Positions 62,101 through 64,000 of a DNA stretch of 64,000 bases are shown here, piece after piece; position 1 is the first letter of the stretch, and each line of letters begins with the position of its first letter. This DNA is from a virus: IMG/VR virus record IMGVR_UViG_3300031787_009175, positions 30,784 through 94,783 of that record; one strand, written 5' to 3'. The position numbers and the translations under genes were made by a program. The notes beneath the pieces were generated by a model. That model was not told the DNA's origin, did no database searches, and was given only the letters and a program-made list of their open reading frames with translations.

Positions 62101-62553
62101 TTATACCTCAACAAGTTCAGTTTTGTCTTTTTTACTTAAATGAAAATCGAAATATTCGTTTCCTCTGAATATATCCGAGTGAATACAACTTACAATAGAT
62201 TTTATTGATTTTTTTAATTTTGTAGATTTGAAATCCATCTCTTCTAAAAGATATAGATTGATTTCTAAATTTGTGAAAGACCTTTTTTTGTATTGAATTC
62301 CGCTTGTTCGTAAATCTAAATCAACTATGAATTTTTCATCGAACATAGTTTTGTCAAGACAATTGAATACGACGTGTTTGATTGCTCTTGACATATTGAG
62401 GACAATTCTTGTCCAATTTTCAAAATCGTCTTTTGGTTCTACCCAAGTTTGAATGTTAATGTAAATTGATTTTAAGTTTTTTGAATCTACCGTACCATAG
62501 GTAATTTTTGACGATTTGAACCCGCTTAGTTTAGCGGTTTTCCCTTTCTTCAT
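62101..62553 (-). CDS. Hypothetical protein
   Basis: 150-aa ORF with TTGACA-N17-TACCTT upstream (62618-62590). Confidence 0.7.
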   Translation of the reverse strand: MKKGKTAKLSGFKSSKITYGTVDSKNLKSIYINIQTWVEPKDDFENWTRIVLNMSRAIKHVVFNCLDKTMFDEKFIVDLDLRTSGIQYKKRSFTNLEINLYLLEEMDFKSTKLKKSIKSIVSCIHSDIFRGNEYFDFHLSKKDKTELVEV

Positions 62554-62622
62554 TCTCTCATTTTTTTCGGAGTTTATTTATCTGAAAAAAAGGTAGATAA
62601 AGTTTGTCAAAATGTCAAAAAA

Positions 62623-63348
62623 TTAAATATTATCAACCAAATTCTTTAACTTGAAGTATTCTAATCTATCAAATTTTTTAGATTTGATGTTATCTATTGT
62701 TTCATTAATTGTCTTTTTGACAGATTCGTCGGTTTCACCCTCTAAAACAACAACTAATTTAACTACTGCTTCATCTTTTAGGTTTTGGAATTTCCCAACT
62801 AAAACCGATTCATCTTCTTTTAATAATGTATTGAGTTCTTTTCTTTCAGATTCGTTTAAGTTAGATATAAATTCTTCAATAGTTTTATTTGCAACTTTTA
62901 CCATAGAACTTAAAGGTAATAGAATCGTTTCTTTACTTTCATTGATTGGTGTTTTTTTCAATCCCTCAACAATTACTTTTTTACTTCTTACTTTATTTTC
63001 CAAATGTAAAACATCACTTGAGTTGTAAAATAAATTATCTATATCAGTATATTGATTATGACAATTTACACCAACTGTCCATCTTCTCAAAGATTCTAAA
63101 TCTTTTTTATTAGTTTTGTTCAAGATGTTTTCAAACATTGTGATTGATTCAAAAACAAAATCTTCTGCCAATTTCTGGTCATAACCTTTGTTTGTTGATA
63201 ACTCATCATAAAGAAAAAATAATTTAGATATGTTTTTATTTGATAAAACATTTCTATTGAAATTTTTTATTTCTTCTTTGAAGGTTCCTTTACCGTATGA
63301 TTCGGAAAGAAGCTTTTCAACTTTTGATTTTAATACACCTATTTTCAT
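62623..63348 (-). CDS. Hypothetical head-module protein
   Basis: Helical ORF between portal and protease; TATTTAT at 63365-63371. Confidence 0.7.
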   Translation of the reverse strand: MKIGVLKSKVEKLLSESYGKGTFKEEIKNFNRNVLSNKNISKLFFLYDELSTNKGYDQKLAEDFVFESITMFENILNKTNKKDLESLRRWTVGVNCHNQYTDIDNLFYNSSDVLHLENKVRSKKVIVEGLKKTPINESKETILLPLSSMVKVANKTIEEFISNLNESERKELNTLLKEDESVLVGKFQNLKDEAVVKLVVVLEGETDESVKKTINETIDNIKSKKFDRLEYFKLKNLVDNI

Positions 63349-63371
63349 TTGCAAATATTTTATAATAAATA

Positions 63372-64000
63372 TTAGTCATTTAGTATTCTATCAAGTTCGT
63401 TTCCAATATCACCCAAAGAATTTCTTGCTCTTGATAAATCTATAAAGTCATCTTCATTTATCAAATCGTTACTTTCCAATAATATATTCATATTATCTCT
63501 TCTTTTGGATTCTGGTGTTACTCCTGCACCTCCACCTGGTTCAGGACCCGGCGGTGGTGGCGGTGGTGCTCCTCCCATATCTCCTCCACCTGGAGGTGGA
63601 GGTGGTGTGGCCCCAACTGATTCTGTGGCACCTGTTTGTTTGCTATATAGTTTGTCAACATTATCAAATATACCTGTATGAACAATAATAGTTGCGGTAT
63701 TCGTGAGTTCAGCTGCCACCGCCTTTTCAATTCTTTGTTGTTGTAAATCAAGTTGTATTTCTTGGTCTGAGAATCCTAATATATGTTTTTTAGCCCAAGA
63801 AACTGAAACAGGTGCAATACCCTCAACCGCAGTTACGGCATCTTTATATAATAACATTTTTTCTTTCCAAACATCAACCGCCAATAAGTCAGCTTGTTTA
63901 GATGAATTATTCAAACCTAATGTAAAATTACTTAATTCATCTTCGAAACCTAATAAGAACAAATGTATGATGGCAATTTTATTCATTTCTGCCAACATAC
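63372..64000 (-). CDS. Portal protein (gp20-like), C-terminal part
   Basis: EMNKIAIIHL, WAKKHILGFSD; position upstream of protease, scaffold and capsid genes; 5' part outside the window. Confidence 0.75.
   Translation of the reverse strand, partial: MLAEMNKIAIIHLFLLGFEDELSNFTLGLNNSSKQADLLAVDVWKEKMLLYKDAVTAVEGIAPVSVSWAKKHILGFSDQEIQLDLQQQRIEKAVAAELTNTATIIVHTGIFDNVDKLYSKQTGATESVGATPPPPPGGGDMGGAPPPPPPGPEPGGGAGVTPESKRRDNMNILLESNDLINEDDFIDLSRARNSLGDIGNELDRILND

Noticed and set aside
1-64000. Stop-codon reassignment, introns or inteins as seen in some jumbo phages
   Set aside because: Genes are full length in the standard code with TAA, TAG and TGA all used as stops; no intron, intein or homing endonuclease recognised in the polymerase or capsid genes

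Overview
Segment of a large T4-like (jumbo) phage genome: AT-rich, densely coded, standard genetic code. The host is probably Bacteroidota (TTTG-N19-TAnnTTTG promoter, Bacteroidota-type HAD and DUF4494-like genes). Left end: a family B DNA polymerase running off the window, missing from the ORF track. Right end: a T4-like head module (portal, prohead protease, scaffold, major capsid protein). The middle holds two large glycan-biosynthesis islands (5.7-15.1 kb minus; 30.2-48.2 kb plus) with about 15 soluble glycosyltransferase-like genes, 6 methyltransferases, gmd/fcl, epimerases and a nucleotidyltransferase, but no recognisable flippase or polymerase. They flank a 3289-aa mucin-like Thr/Pro-repeat protein lying directly upstream of a GT60-type polypeptide GlcNAc-transferase. 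Putative virion proteins, including the capsid insertion region, are strongly enriched in an [ST]-[GA]-x-[ST] motif. My main hypothesis (inference) is a phage-encoded, mucin-type protein O-glycosylation system that builds a methylated glycan coat on the virion. Also notable: an unassigned ~200-nt structured ncRNA with its own promoter and terminator, a possible pseudoknot in the DNA polymerase leader, a TATTTAT late-promoter motif, and a family of proteins with a shared capsid-targeting-like leader, one carrying a stand-alone WYL domain. All family assignments come from motif recognition, not database searches.
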